Assembly: GCA_964473525.1 (NCBI GenBank) | Contig: CAYYPK010000033.1 | Coordinates: 1-53,769, forward strand | DNA length: 53,769 nucleotides | Direction of reading: 5' to 3' | DNA from: an uncultured bacterium | GTDB lineage: Bacteria > Poribacteria > WGA-4E > GCA-2687025 | In this document: positions 38,620 to 46,431 of the stretch, piece after piece | How the letters are laid out: every line of letters starts with the position of its first letter | How positions within the stretch are numbered: position 1 is the stretch's first letter | Made by a program: the position numbers and the translations under genes | The notes under the pieces: model-generated | What the model was told of the DNA's origin: nothing | The model's input: only the letters and a program-made list of their open reading frames with translations | Databases searched by the model: none

Positions 38620-39720
38620 ATGCGCATGGCTGCTCTCCTTTCACTGCTCACGTTCGTCGTGGCGCCGACGCGCCTGCCTGCCCAGTCCGAGGCGTCTGAG
38701 TACCGCATCCGTCCCGGCGACACGTTGCGCATCGTCGTGCTCAACCGCGTGGAGTACGGCCAGGAGGTGTTCGTTCGCGACGACGGCAGGATCGACTACT
38801 TCGTCCTGGGCTCCATCGACGTTGATGACATGACGCTGGGCGCCCTGAGAACGGCCCTGGTCGACGGGCTGCGAGGGCACTTGACCGAGCCGGAGGTCCT
38901 GATCGTGCCGGTTCCGCGGGAGGCGTTCGTGTACGTCGGTGGACAGGTCGCGTCGCCGGGGAAGTACGGCTTCATGGAGCCGGTCATCGACGTACGGAAG
39001 GCGCTGGCCCTGGCCGGGTCCGCCTTGCCCGTGTCGTCTGACCTGTCACGCGTCCTTGTGTTGCGCGCCGGCGAGCCCGTCGAGACGTATGACTTGACGA
39101 CCGCGCCAGGGCCGCACATAGAGATACGGCGTGGCGATGTGGTGTACGTGCCGGAACTGTGCAGAATCCGTGTGACCGGCAATGTCCGGGAGCCTGGGGT
39201 CTTCTACGTCCAAGGGTCAGCGACGGCGGGCTACGCCCTGTCGCTCGCTGGCGGGATCGTCGATGACCAGGGCACCCTAGCGCGGCTATCCGTGCTACGC
39301 GCCGACGGGTCGACGGAGCCCGCGCGGCTGGACTCCGACGCGCTCACCGCGGAAGGCGCCGAGGTGGTCCTCCGGCACGGTGACGCTCTTCACGTGCCGA
39401 ACGCCTATCTCGTCGAGGAGATCAGCGTCGTCGGTTACGTGCAGAGCCCTGGCCTATATCGCGTGCGTGGGCCGGTCTCGGTTGGCCGCGCGCTCGCGCT
39501 CGCGGGTGACGCCGTGCGTGAGGAAGCCAATCTGGGCGAAGTCGACATCGTGCGTATCGACGGGACTGTTGAGAAGGTCGACCTTCGGTCGGGCGGGTCG
39601 AGCGTAGCGGTGCGGCCCGGCGAGACCGTGCGGGTCAACCGACGGTTCCAGATGAACTGGCCGATGCTGTTCAGCGCCGTGTCGACCGCCGTGCTTCTTA
39701 CGAGCCTCGTTAGGAACTAG
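38620..39720 (+). CDS. Polysaccharide export protein (Wza/SLBB-domain family)
   Basis: Signal peptide MRMAALLSLLTFVVAPTRLPAQS. An N-terminal PES-like segment (YRIRPGDTLRIVV) and repeated SLBB-like units (GDVVYVPE..., GETVRVNRR) are followed by a C-terminal TM helix. Confidence 0.65.
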   Translation: MRMAALLSLLTFVVAPTRLPAQSEASEYRIRPGDTLRIVVLNRVEYGQEVFVRDDGRIDYFVLGSIDVDDMTLGALRTALVDGLRGHLTEPEVLIVPVPREAFVYVGGQVASPGKYGFMEPVIDVRKALALAGSALPVSSDLSRVLVLRAGEPVETYDLTTAPGPHIEIRRGDVVYVPELCRIRVTGNVREPGVFYVQGSATAGYALSLAGGIVDDQGTLARLSVLRADGSTEPARLDSDALTAEGAEVVLRHGDALHVPNAYLVEEISVVGYVQSPGLYRVRGPVSVGRALALAGDAVREEANLGEVDIVRIDGTVEKVDLRSGGSSVAVRPGETVRVNRRFQMNWPMLFSAVSTAVLLTSLVRN

Positions 39721-39838
39721 CTGCGATGGCCTTCGCCTCGAGACGCGCTGGCTCGGCTGGTTGAAACACACGGCGCCCCCTGCGTCGTTGTATGTGGGGT
39801 CGAGAGCGCCGACACGCCAGGCGGAGGCGAGGCGACCG

Positions 39839-40168
39839 ATGTCCTGGGAACGCCGCGAGTCACATCATGTCGCGTCGTACGCGTTCCACTGGTTTGCGGA
39901 CGGGGACGGCGGCTGGCTGGTCGCGGTATGGGGCGAGGGCCGCGGCCCCGACGAACCGACGGAGCAGGAAGTCACAGATGCCCTCACGATTCATCACGTC
40001 CCGGCCCGGGACAACCCGAAGGGACGGCTCAAGCCCGTTCGGCAGTTCTGCGAACGGTTTGTGTCGGACATACCGTTCCGGGTGCGCGCCATCCGTCTCC
40101 GCGTGCCCACTGTGCGGCGTCTCGTCGAGCAGGGAGCGCTCGAGCCGCCCGACGGCGGCTGGGCGTGA
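39839..40168 (+). CDS. Hypothetical protein (109 aa)
   Basis: Internal ATG with GGAGG upstream. Its stop overlaps the next gene's GTG start (GTGA). Confidence 0.35.
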   Translation: MSWERRESHHVASYAFHWFADGDGGWLVAVWGEGRGPDEPTEQEVTDALTIHHVPARDNPKGRLKPVRQFCERFVSDIPFRVRAIRLRVPTVRRLVEQGALEPPDGGWA

Positions 40169-40518
40169 AGCGGCTCTATGCGTTGCTGTGTTCCGCGCTG
40201 CCGTCCACCAGGCGTCGATGGGTGGGTGTCGGCGAACTGGTCGAGTACCCCGTGGAGTCCGTACGATGTGTCATGGTGCGCGGCGCCTCGGTGGCGGTGT
40301 TTCACAGCGACAGGGGGCTGCAGGCGATCGCCGATGTCTGCGCGCATATGGGGGCGTCCCTCAGCGAGGGCGTGCTCCACGACGACGGATACGTCGAGTG
40401 TCCGGCGCACACGATGCGGTTCTGCCTGCGCACCGGCGTGTGTCCGGAGAGCCCCATGTACACTGGACGGATATACCCCACACGCGTTCGCGGCGGGCGT
40501 CTCTACATACGGGCCTGA
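40165..40518 (+). CDS. Small Rieske [2Fe-2S] domain protein (NirD/ferredoxin-like)
   Basis: CAHMGASLSEG...ECPAHTMRF gives the CxH...CxxH Rieske ligands. The N-terminal WVGVGELVEYPVESV...VAVFH matches small Rieske ferredoxins. A GTG start is inferred. Confidence 0.6.
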   Translation: MKRLYALLCSALPSTRRRWVGVGELVEYPVESVRCVMVRGASVAVFHSDRGLQAIADVCAHMGASLSEGVLHDDGYVECPAHTMRFCLRTGVCPESPMYTGRIYPTRVRGGRLYIRA

Positions 40519-40587
40519 CAGGCGCCCCAGACGCGAAGGCGCAGCCGGAACGGGCAGTTCAGCGCACGAAGGTGCACGGAGCGCGCG

Positions 40588-42849
40588 ATGACACGTAGAC
40601 ACGGTACGCCGGCAACGGCTCTGGCGCAGGCCCGCTGGGTTCGCTGGGCCGGTTGCGCGGTGGTTCTGGCGGCGCTCCTCAGCGCGTGCGGCGACCCGAC
40701 CCCCGAGCCCGAGCAGTTCGACGCGTTCCTGACGGAGTTCAAGGCAGATGGCCCGTTGGAGGAGGATGTCCCCAAGCGCGTGGCGCGCTTCCGCCGCAGA
40801 GCGGAGCAGCGTGACCTGCGCGACCAACTCACATACGCCTACGCGCGCGCGTTGCAGACGCGCAAGAGGTACGAGGAAGCAGCGGACGCGTACGGCCGCG
40901 CCGACGTCGCCGAGTTCCCTCTACGGGACTTCGCGCGCTACTACCGCGCGCAGTGCCTTGCCAGCCTGGCGCGATACGACGAGGCGGTAGCCGAACACCG
41001 GTCGCTGCTCGAGGCGTTCCCCGACTTCCCCCTGCGTGAGAGCGCCACGTTGCGCGTGGGCAAGGCGCTGGAAAACGCCGGCCGGTATGCGGAGGCGCTC
41101 GCGGTCTTCGAAGAGCTGGCGGAGGGTCTCCCTGATGGGTCTTCCATAGGACGCGAGGCGCAGTACTTCGTCGGGGTCGCCCATGACGGCCTGGACGCGC
41201 CGCAAGCGGCGTATGAGGCGTATCAGCAGGTCGTCGAGGACAAGACGAACGACTCCTTTGCCCAACGGGCGGTGAAGAAGATCCAGAAGCTGGCGGAGGA
41301 GCGGCCGGAGCTCAGGCTGACGCGCGCACACCAGTTCGTGCACGCCCAGGTGCTGCACGGCGGCGGCGAGCGCAAGGAGGCGCGCGCGGTCTGGGAGCGC
41401 ATCCACAAGAACAGCAAGGACGAACTGGCGACGCGGGCGCGCTACGAAATCGGCCGTTCGTACCTTCGGGATCGGCAGTACAACAACGCCATCCGCACGT
41501 TCGAGGGGATGCTCCGGTCGGGTCACCCGAACTACAAGACGCGCGCGCAGTTCCAGCGCATCCTGGCGACTCGCCGGTCAGGGCAGCGCACGCGGGCGTT
41601 GAGGCTCTTCCGCGACTTCATCAGCGAGAACCCGTGGTCGTCCCTGCTGGACGACGTGATGATGGAGTACGGCTGGACGCTCCGGGACGCCCGGCAGTTC
41701 AGCACGGCGGGCAAGGTGTATGGAGAGCTGGTCGCAAAGTTTCCCAAGAGCTCGCACGCGGCCGAGGCGGCCTGGCTTGCGGCGTGGTGTGACATACGGC
41801 TCAAGCGGTACGGAGACAGCATCGCCGCGCTAGACCGACTGATTCTGGGCTACCCCACAAGCAGCTATGCCGGCCGTGGGCACTTCTGGCTAGGTAAGGT
41901 GCACGCGCGTCTCGGGGATTCGCAGGCGGCTGCGGAGTACTACCGTCAAGTCGTCGAGATGGACACGCACTACTATGGCGCCCGCGCGGACGAGAAGCTG
42001 CGCGAGCTGGCGTCGAGCGGAGCCGTGGGTTCAGAATACATCGACTCAGTAAGGCGCATGGTGCGGCAGGCCAGCGTTTCGGTAGACACGCTCCAGCACA
42101 TGCCTATCGCCCGGGTGGAGATTCTCACACGTCTGGACGACAACGCCGGCGCCATCGCCGAGATGGAGGCGCTGCTCGAGCGGCGCAAGGACGACCGCGC
42201 GCTGCTCTACTACCACCTCATGCGCGCGAACGAGGAGCTCGGGCGCTCGTACCGCGCGTACATCATGGCGTACCGCTTCTCGAATCTTCCCGAAGTGAGA
42301 TGGAGTGGCGAGGATCCTCCGGTCGAGGTCGGGCAGTTGCTGTACCCGATTCCGTTCCAGGAGACGCTCGTCGAGGCCGGCGAGGAATTTGGTGTGGACC
42401 CGCACTACCTCGCCGCGATGATGCGTGAGGAGAGTCGGTTCAACGCGAGTGTCGTGTCGTGGGCGGGCGCGTACGGGCTCATGCAGGTGATGCCCGACAC
42501 CGGCAAGCGGATCGCGAAGAAGATCGGCATCGAGGACTTCGACAAGGACATGCTCCTGGACCCCGAGGTGAACATCCGCATGGGGGCGTGGTACATCAGG
42601 TTCCTGCTGGACGAGTTTGGTGGCGAGTTCTCGCTCGTATCGGGCGCCTATAACGCCGGCGAGGGGCGCATGGGGCAGTGGCGCGAGCGGTACTCCGTCG
42701 AGGATCTGGACGAGTTCATCGAACAGGTGCCCTACGACGAAACCCGCAACCACATCAAGAAGGTGATGCACTCGTACCACGTCTACCGGGACCTCTACGG
42801 CGACGAGGAAGAGCCGCGCCAACTGACGCCAGTGGACCACCCCGGCTGA
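40588..42849 (+). CDS. Lipoprotein soluble lytic transglycosylase (TPR/superhelical N-domain plus SLT domain)
   Basis: Lipobox ALLSAC-G. TPR-like repeats are followed by the SLT catalytic motif MMREESRFNASVVSWAGAYGLMQVMPDTG. Confidence 0.8.
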   Translation: MTRRHGTPATALAQARWVRWAGCAVVLAALLSACGDPTPEPEQFDAFLTEFKADGPLEEDVPKRVARFRRRAEQRDLRDQLTYAYARALQTRKRYEEAADAYGRADVAEFPLRDFARYYRAQCLASLARYDEAVAEHRSLLEAFPDFPLRESATLRVGKALENAGRYAEALAVFEELAEGLPDGSSIGREAQYFVGVAHDGLDAPQAAYEAYQQVVEDKTNDSFAQRAVKKIQKLAEERPELRLTRAHQFVHAQVLHGGGERKEARAVWERIHKNSKDELATRARYEIGRSYLRDRQYNNAIRTFEGMLRSGHPNYKTRAQFQRILATRRSGQRTRALRLFRDFISENPWSSLLDDVMMEYGWTLRDARQFSTAGKVYGELVAKFPKSSHAAEAAWLAAWCDIRLKRYGDSIAALDRLILGYPTSSYAGRGHFWLGKVHARLGDSQAAAEYYRQVVEMDTHYYGARADEKLRELASSGAVGSEYIDSVRRMVRQASVSVDTLQHMPIARVEILTRLDDNAGAIAEMEALLERRKDDRALLYYHLMRANEELGRSYRAYIMAYRFSNLPEVRWSGEDPPVEVGQLLYPIPFQETLVEAGEEFGVDPHYLAAMMREESRFNASVVSWAGAYGLMQVMPDTGKRIAKKIGIEDFDKDMLLDPEVNIRMGAWYIRFLLDEFGGEFSLVSGAYNAGEGRMGQWRERYSVEDLDEFIEQVPYDETRNHIKKVMHSYHVYRDLYGDEEEPRQLTPVDHPG

Positions 42850-42870
42850 ACCGTACCCGCGAGAGACGCC

Positions 42871-44331
42871 ATGATCCGCCGGATCATCCTCCGCAACTTC
42901 ATGTCGCATGTCGAAACCGTCATCGAGCCCGCCGACGGTCTGACGGTCATCGTTGGCCCCAACAACTCCGGCAAGAGCGCCATCGTCGAGGCGTTGCGCA
43001 CCCTATGCACCAACGAGAACAGCACGCACGTCATGCGCCACGGCGCGCGGGAGTGCGCCGTCATCGTCGAGACCGACGACGGTCACGTCATCGAGTGGGC
43101 GAGGAAGAAGTCGCCAGCCTACACCGTGGACGACCAGCGGTTCGACCGCATGAGCCGCGGTCGAAGCGGCGTGCCCGCTGAGCTGCACGCGGCCCTTCGG
43201 TTGCCGTGGGTCGCCGGCAGCGGGGATGAGAAGTTCGATGTCCACCTCGGCGAGCAGAAGTCGCCGATATTTCTGCTTGGGTCCGCATCCGACGCCGCGA
43301 AGTTCTTCGCCTCGTCGTCGGACGCCACGAAGCTCCTCGCGATGCAGGGGCGCCACAAGGCGAAGGTCACGCAGGCGCGCGCGCGCAAGCGCGAGCTGGA
43401 CGCCCTTGCCAGCAAGCAGTCGGCGCGGATGGCGGAACTAGACGTCGTTCCTGGCCTGGCGCGCCGGATGGAGGCCGCAGAGGCGGCCTATGGCTCCATC
43501 GTGGCGTCGTCGGACGCGATCAGCAGGCTGGAGTCGGCGATCGGCGCCATACACGCCGCGCGGACGCTGGCCGGGGAACTAGGGGACCTGGCGCGGGCGC
43601 TCGCGCCGCTGGACGCGCCTCCCGTTCTCGATGACACGCAGCTGCTTGCCCACGTGACGACACAGGTCGCGCTGGCTGACGAGGAGTGCGCCGCCGCTGA
43701 CGCGCAGGCGAAGGCGGCAGCTCCGCTGTTAGACCCCCCTGAGCAGCAGCCTGCCACGCAGTTGGCGAAGCACATCGACGACCTTGCCGCGTCCTCAGCG
43801 GCCGCCCAACTTCGTGCGGCGGAAGCCGGCGCGCTCGACGAGGTCGCCTCGCCGCCCCCGCTGGAAGACGCGCAACGGTTGGTTGCCGACATTCGGGCGA
43901 CGCGCGTGGCGCTCGTGCAAGTGGCGACTTGCGAAGTGGAGGGGCGGGCGCTCGACGAGATTGCCGGGCCGCCCGAACTCGCCGACACGGTCACACTGAG
44001 TCGCGACGTGGCGGGCCTGACTGCTGCGCATGCGGCGACGACGACAGCTTCGGCGCGCCACGCACTGCTCGGCGCCCTCTTGGAGACGCCCGCCACGGAC
44101 GACACGCGAGCCGTCACCGAGATGCTCGCGGAGCTGCGCGACGCGACTGCGGCCGCTGCGGCCAACGAGCGTGATCTGGGCGAGGCGAAGGCGGAAGGGC
44201 GCGACGTCGCCGACGCGATCCGCAGGTGGGCGGAAGACAGCGTGACATGTCCCACCTGCGGGGCGGCTCTCGACGCGGAGGCCGTTGCCCAGCACGTCGC
44301 TGGCGCTCACGAGGAGCGGGGCCGTGGCTGA
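42871..44331 (+). CDS. Rad50/SbcC-type ABC ATPase N-lobe plus ascending coiled coil, ending in a CxxC zinc-hook motif (split SMC-like protein, part 1)
   Basis: MIRRIILRNFMSHVETVIEP...IVGPNNSGKSAIVEAL (Walker A), then about 330 aa of Ala/Leu/Glu-rich coiled coil, then ...VTCPTCGAALD 25 residues before the stop. No signature motif or Walker B is present in this ORF. Confidence 0.7.
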   Translation: MIRRIILRNFMSHVETVIEPADGLTVIVGPNNSGKSAIVEALRTLCTNENSTHVMRHGARECAVIVETDDGHVIEWARKKSPAYTVDDQRFDRMSRGRSGVPAELHAALRLPWVAGSGDEKFDVHLGEQKSPIFLLGSASDAAKFFASSSDATKLLAMQGRHKAKVTQARARKRELDALASKQSARMAELDVVPGLARRMEAAEAAYGSIVASSDAISRLESAIGAIHAARTLAGELGDLARALAPLDAPPVLDDTQLLAHVTTQVALADEECAAADAQAKAAAPLLDPPEQQPATQLAKHIDDLAASSAAAQLRAAEAGALDEVASPPPLEDAQRLVADIRATRVALVQVATCEVEGRALDEIAGPPELADTVTLSRDVAGLTAAHAATTTASARHALLGALLETPATDDTRAVTEMLAELRDATAAAAANERDLGEAKAEGRDVADAIRRWAEDSVTCPTCGAALDAEAVAQHVAGAHEERGRG

Positions 44332-45280
44332 TTCCGGCTACCAGGGCCTTCTCATCATCGGCGATCCCCACCTGGAAGGCCGTGTTCCCGGATTCCGCAA
44401 GGATGACTATCCCACGGTTCTACTGGCGAAGCTCGAGTGGTGTCTCGACTACGCCGCGACGCACCAACTGCTGCCGGCGATCCTTGGGGATCTGTTCCAC
44501 ATGCCGCGCGACAACCCCACGTGGATGCTCGCCGCCCTCATGGACATCCTTGACCGCGAGGTGGTGGGCATTTACGGGAACCACGATACGGCGGACCCGG
44601 CCCTCAACGAGAACGACTCGTTGACGCTGCTGGAGCGCGCGGGACGCCTGAGGCTCCTCACGCCTGATGAGCCCTGGCGTGGGGTGATGGGCGGCCGCGC
44701 GGTTGTGGTCGGAGGCTCGTCCTACCGCGTCGCGATCCCTAGCAGTTTCGATGTCGAGGTAGACGCTGACCCGCCGCCGTTCGTCGTGTGGTTGACGCAC
44801 CACGACATTGGCGTACCCGGGTACGATGGCGGCCGCATATCGCCCAAGGAGTTGCCGGGCATTGACGTCGTCGTGAACGGGCACATCCATCGCAGCCTCG
44901 ATACCGTCACGACGGGATGCACGCGGTGGATCACGCCGGGGAACATCTCACGCAGGACGCGCACCGAGGCGACCGAGGAGCACGTCCCGGCGGCGCTGCG
45001 CGTCGATATCGGACGCGACACCGTGGGATTCGAGCGGCCGGTCGTCCCGCACGCGACGTTTACCGATGTCTTCCACGACGCGGTGGCCGAGGCCGCTGTG
45101 GGAGGCACGGAGCAGTCGTCGTCATTCGTGGCCGGCCTCGGCGACATGCTCGCGCGCAAGACGGAGGGCGGCGCGGGCCTCCTGGAGTTCATCCGTCGCA
45201 ATGTCGGCGGATTCGAGGAAGAGGTAGCACGCGAGATTCTCACCCTAGCCGAAGAGGTGACAGACGGTGGCGAGCAATGA
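44324..45280 (+). CDS. Calcineurin-like metallophosphoesterase (Mre11/SbcD-like nuclease)
   Basis: GTG start overlapping the upstream stop (GTGGCTGA). All five phosphoesterase motifs are present: IIGDPHL, GDLFH, GNHD, THHD and GHIHR. Confidence 0.7.
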   Translation: MADSGYQGLLIIGDPHLEGRVPGFRKDDYPTVLLAKLEWCLDYAATHQLLPAILGDLFHMPRDNPTWMLAALMDILDREVVGIYGNHDTADPALNENDSLTLLERAGRLRLLTPDEPWRGVMGGRAVVVGGSSYRVAIPSSFDVEVDADPPPFVVWLTHHDIGVPGYDGGRISPKELPGIDVVVNGHIHRSLDTVTTGCTRWITPGNISRRTRTEATEEHVPAALRVDIGRDTVGFERPVVPHATFTDVFHDAVAEAAVGGTEQSSSFVAGLGDMLARKTEGGAGLLEFIRRNVGGFEEEVAREILTLAEEVTDGGEQ

Positions 45281-45608
45281 ACCGACGGCCGGCGACGCGC
45301 AGACGATCGAGGAGTTGCGCGGCCGCTATGAGAAGCTGAACACGCGGCGCATTCAGGTCCAGGAGCGGCTGGATACCGCGCGACAGCGGCTCTCGGATCT
45401 ACAGAAGCAGGCGCGGGAGAGCTACGGCACGGACGATGTCGCCGAGCTGCAGACCAAGCTCGATGAGATGAAGAGCGAAAACCTGCGCAAACGCGCGGAA
45501 TACCAGGCATCGCTCGACGCCATCGAGGCCGGCCTCGCCAAGGTCGAGGACGAGGCCGCGACTGCCAGCGTCGCGCCGCCCGCCTCGGGCAATGGGGATG
45601 ACGCGTGA
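45267..45608 (+). CDS. Coiled-coil protein, probable descending arm of the split Rad50-like ATPase
   Basis: GTG start overlapping the upstream gene by 14 nt. 113 aa with heptad-like ELRGRYEKLNTRRIQVQERLDTARQRLSDLQKQARE... and a low-complexity tail. Confidence 0.5.
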   Translation: MASNEPTAGDAQTIEELRGRYEKLNTRRIQVQERLDTARQRLSDLQKQARESYGTDDVAELQTKLDEMKSENLRKRAEYQASLDAIEAGLAKVEDEAATASVAPPASGNGDDA

Positions 45609-46291
45609 CGGTGGGCGCGCCGGAGACCACGCCGATCCCGACGCCCGCCGCCACACGGGGGCGAGTCGACCGTCTCGCATGGGAGCGCGACACCCTCGTG
45701 GCGCAGTCGGCCACCACAGCCGAGGAACTGGGTGAGGTCGAGCGCCAGCTTGCCGTCGCCACCAAGGTGACGGACGCGCTGAAGCAGCTCAGCAACACGC
45801 TCTTCCAGCAGACGCTCGAAGTCGTCGAGGAGCAGCTGACCACGGCTCTCCAGGAAATCCTCGAGCAACCGATCCAACTGCGCGCGAATCCCCGATTCCT
45901 CAACAACGCCGCGGCCGTCGACTTCTACATCGAGCGCGACGGCAACCGCGAGCACGTGCTGCGCGGACAGGGCGGCTCCGTGGCGAACGTGCTCTCGGTC
46001 GGCCTACGCATGTTCGCCCTGACAACCCTGGACGAAGCCGAGCACCGGCGGTTCCTCGTGCTCGATGAGCAGGACTGCTGGCTCAAGCCCAACCTCGTCC
46101 CACGCCTTGTCAAGATGGTCCACGATGCTGGCAAGGCGCTGGGGTTCCAGGTTCTGATGATCTCCCACCACGATCCCGAGCCCTTCCAGCGGTACGCCGA
46201 TCGCATGTATCGTCTCGTGCCGCGCGGCGAGGACGGTGTGTCCGTTGAGCGGTTGGACATCTCTCCTGACTCTGTAGATCCCGTGCTGTAG
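45605..46291 (+). CDS. ABC ATPase C-lobe (signature-like motif, Walker B, H-loop) of the split Rad50/SbcC-like protein
   Basis: GTG start overlapping the upstream stop (GTGA). A coiled-coil segment precedes RGQGGSVANVLSVGLRMFAL (signature/Q-like), RRFLVLDEQD (Walker B plus D-loop) and VLMISHHDPE (H-loop). Confidence 0.7.
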   Translation: MTVGAPETTPIPTPAATRGRVDRLAWERDTLVAQSATTAEELGEVERQLAVATKVTDALKQLSNTLFQQTLEVVEEQLTTALQEILEQPIQLRANPRFLNNAAAVDFYIERDGNREHVLRGQGGSVANVLSVGLRMFALTTLDEAEHRRFLVLDEQDCWLKPNLVPRLVKMVHDAGKALGFQVLMISHHDPEPFQRYADRMYRLVPRGEDGVSVERLDISPDSVDPVL

Positions 46292-46431
46292 GGGCGCCGC
46301 CTCGCCATCCACAGAGAAGTGTGGGGTCGGCGCGAGGCCATCCAGCCCGGTGGATGACCGAAATGACCCCAGAAAGGTGGCGGATCGCCGGCCGCGGCGC
46401 CGTCTATACATGTGAAGCCCGGGGGCCGGCG

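Noticed and set aside
43488-45906. Long antisense ORFs inside the split Rad50-like cassette (43488..44255 -, 44722..45906 -).
   Set aside because: Their translations are Ala/Ser/Arg-rich and low in complexity, which makes them antisense shadows of the coiled-coil coding regions.
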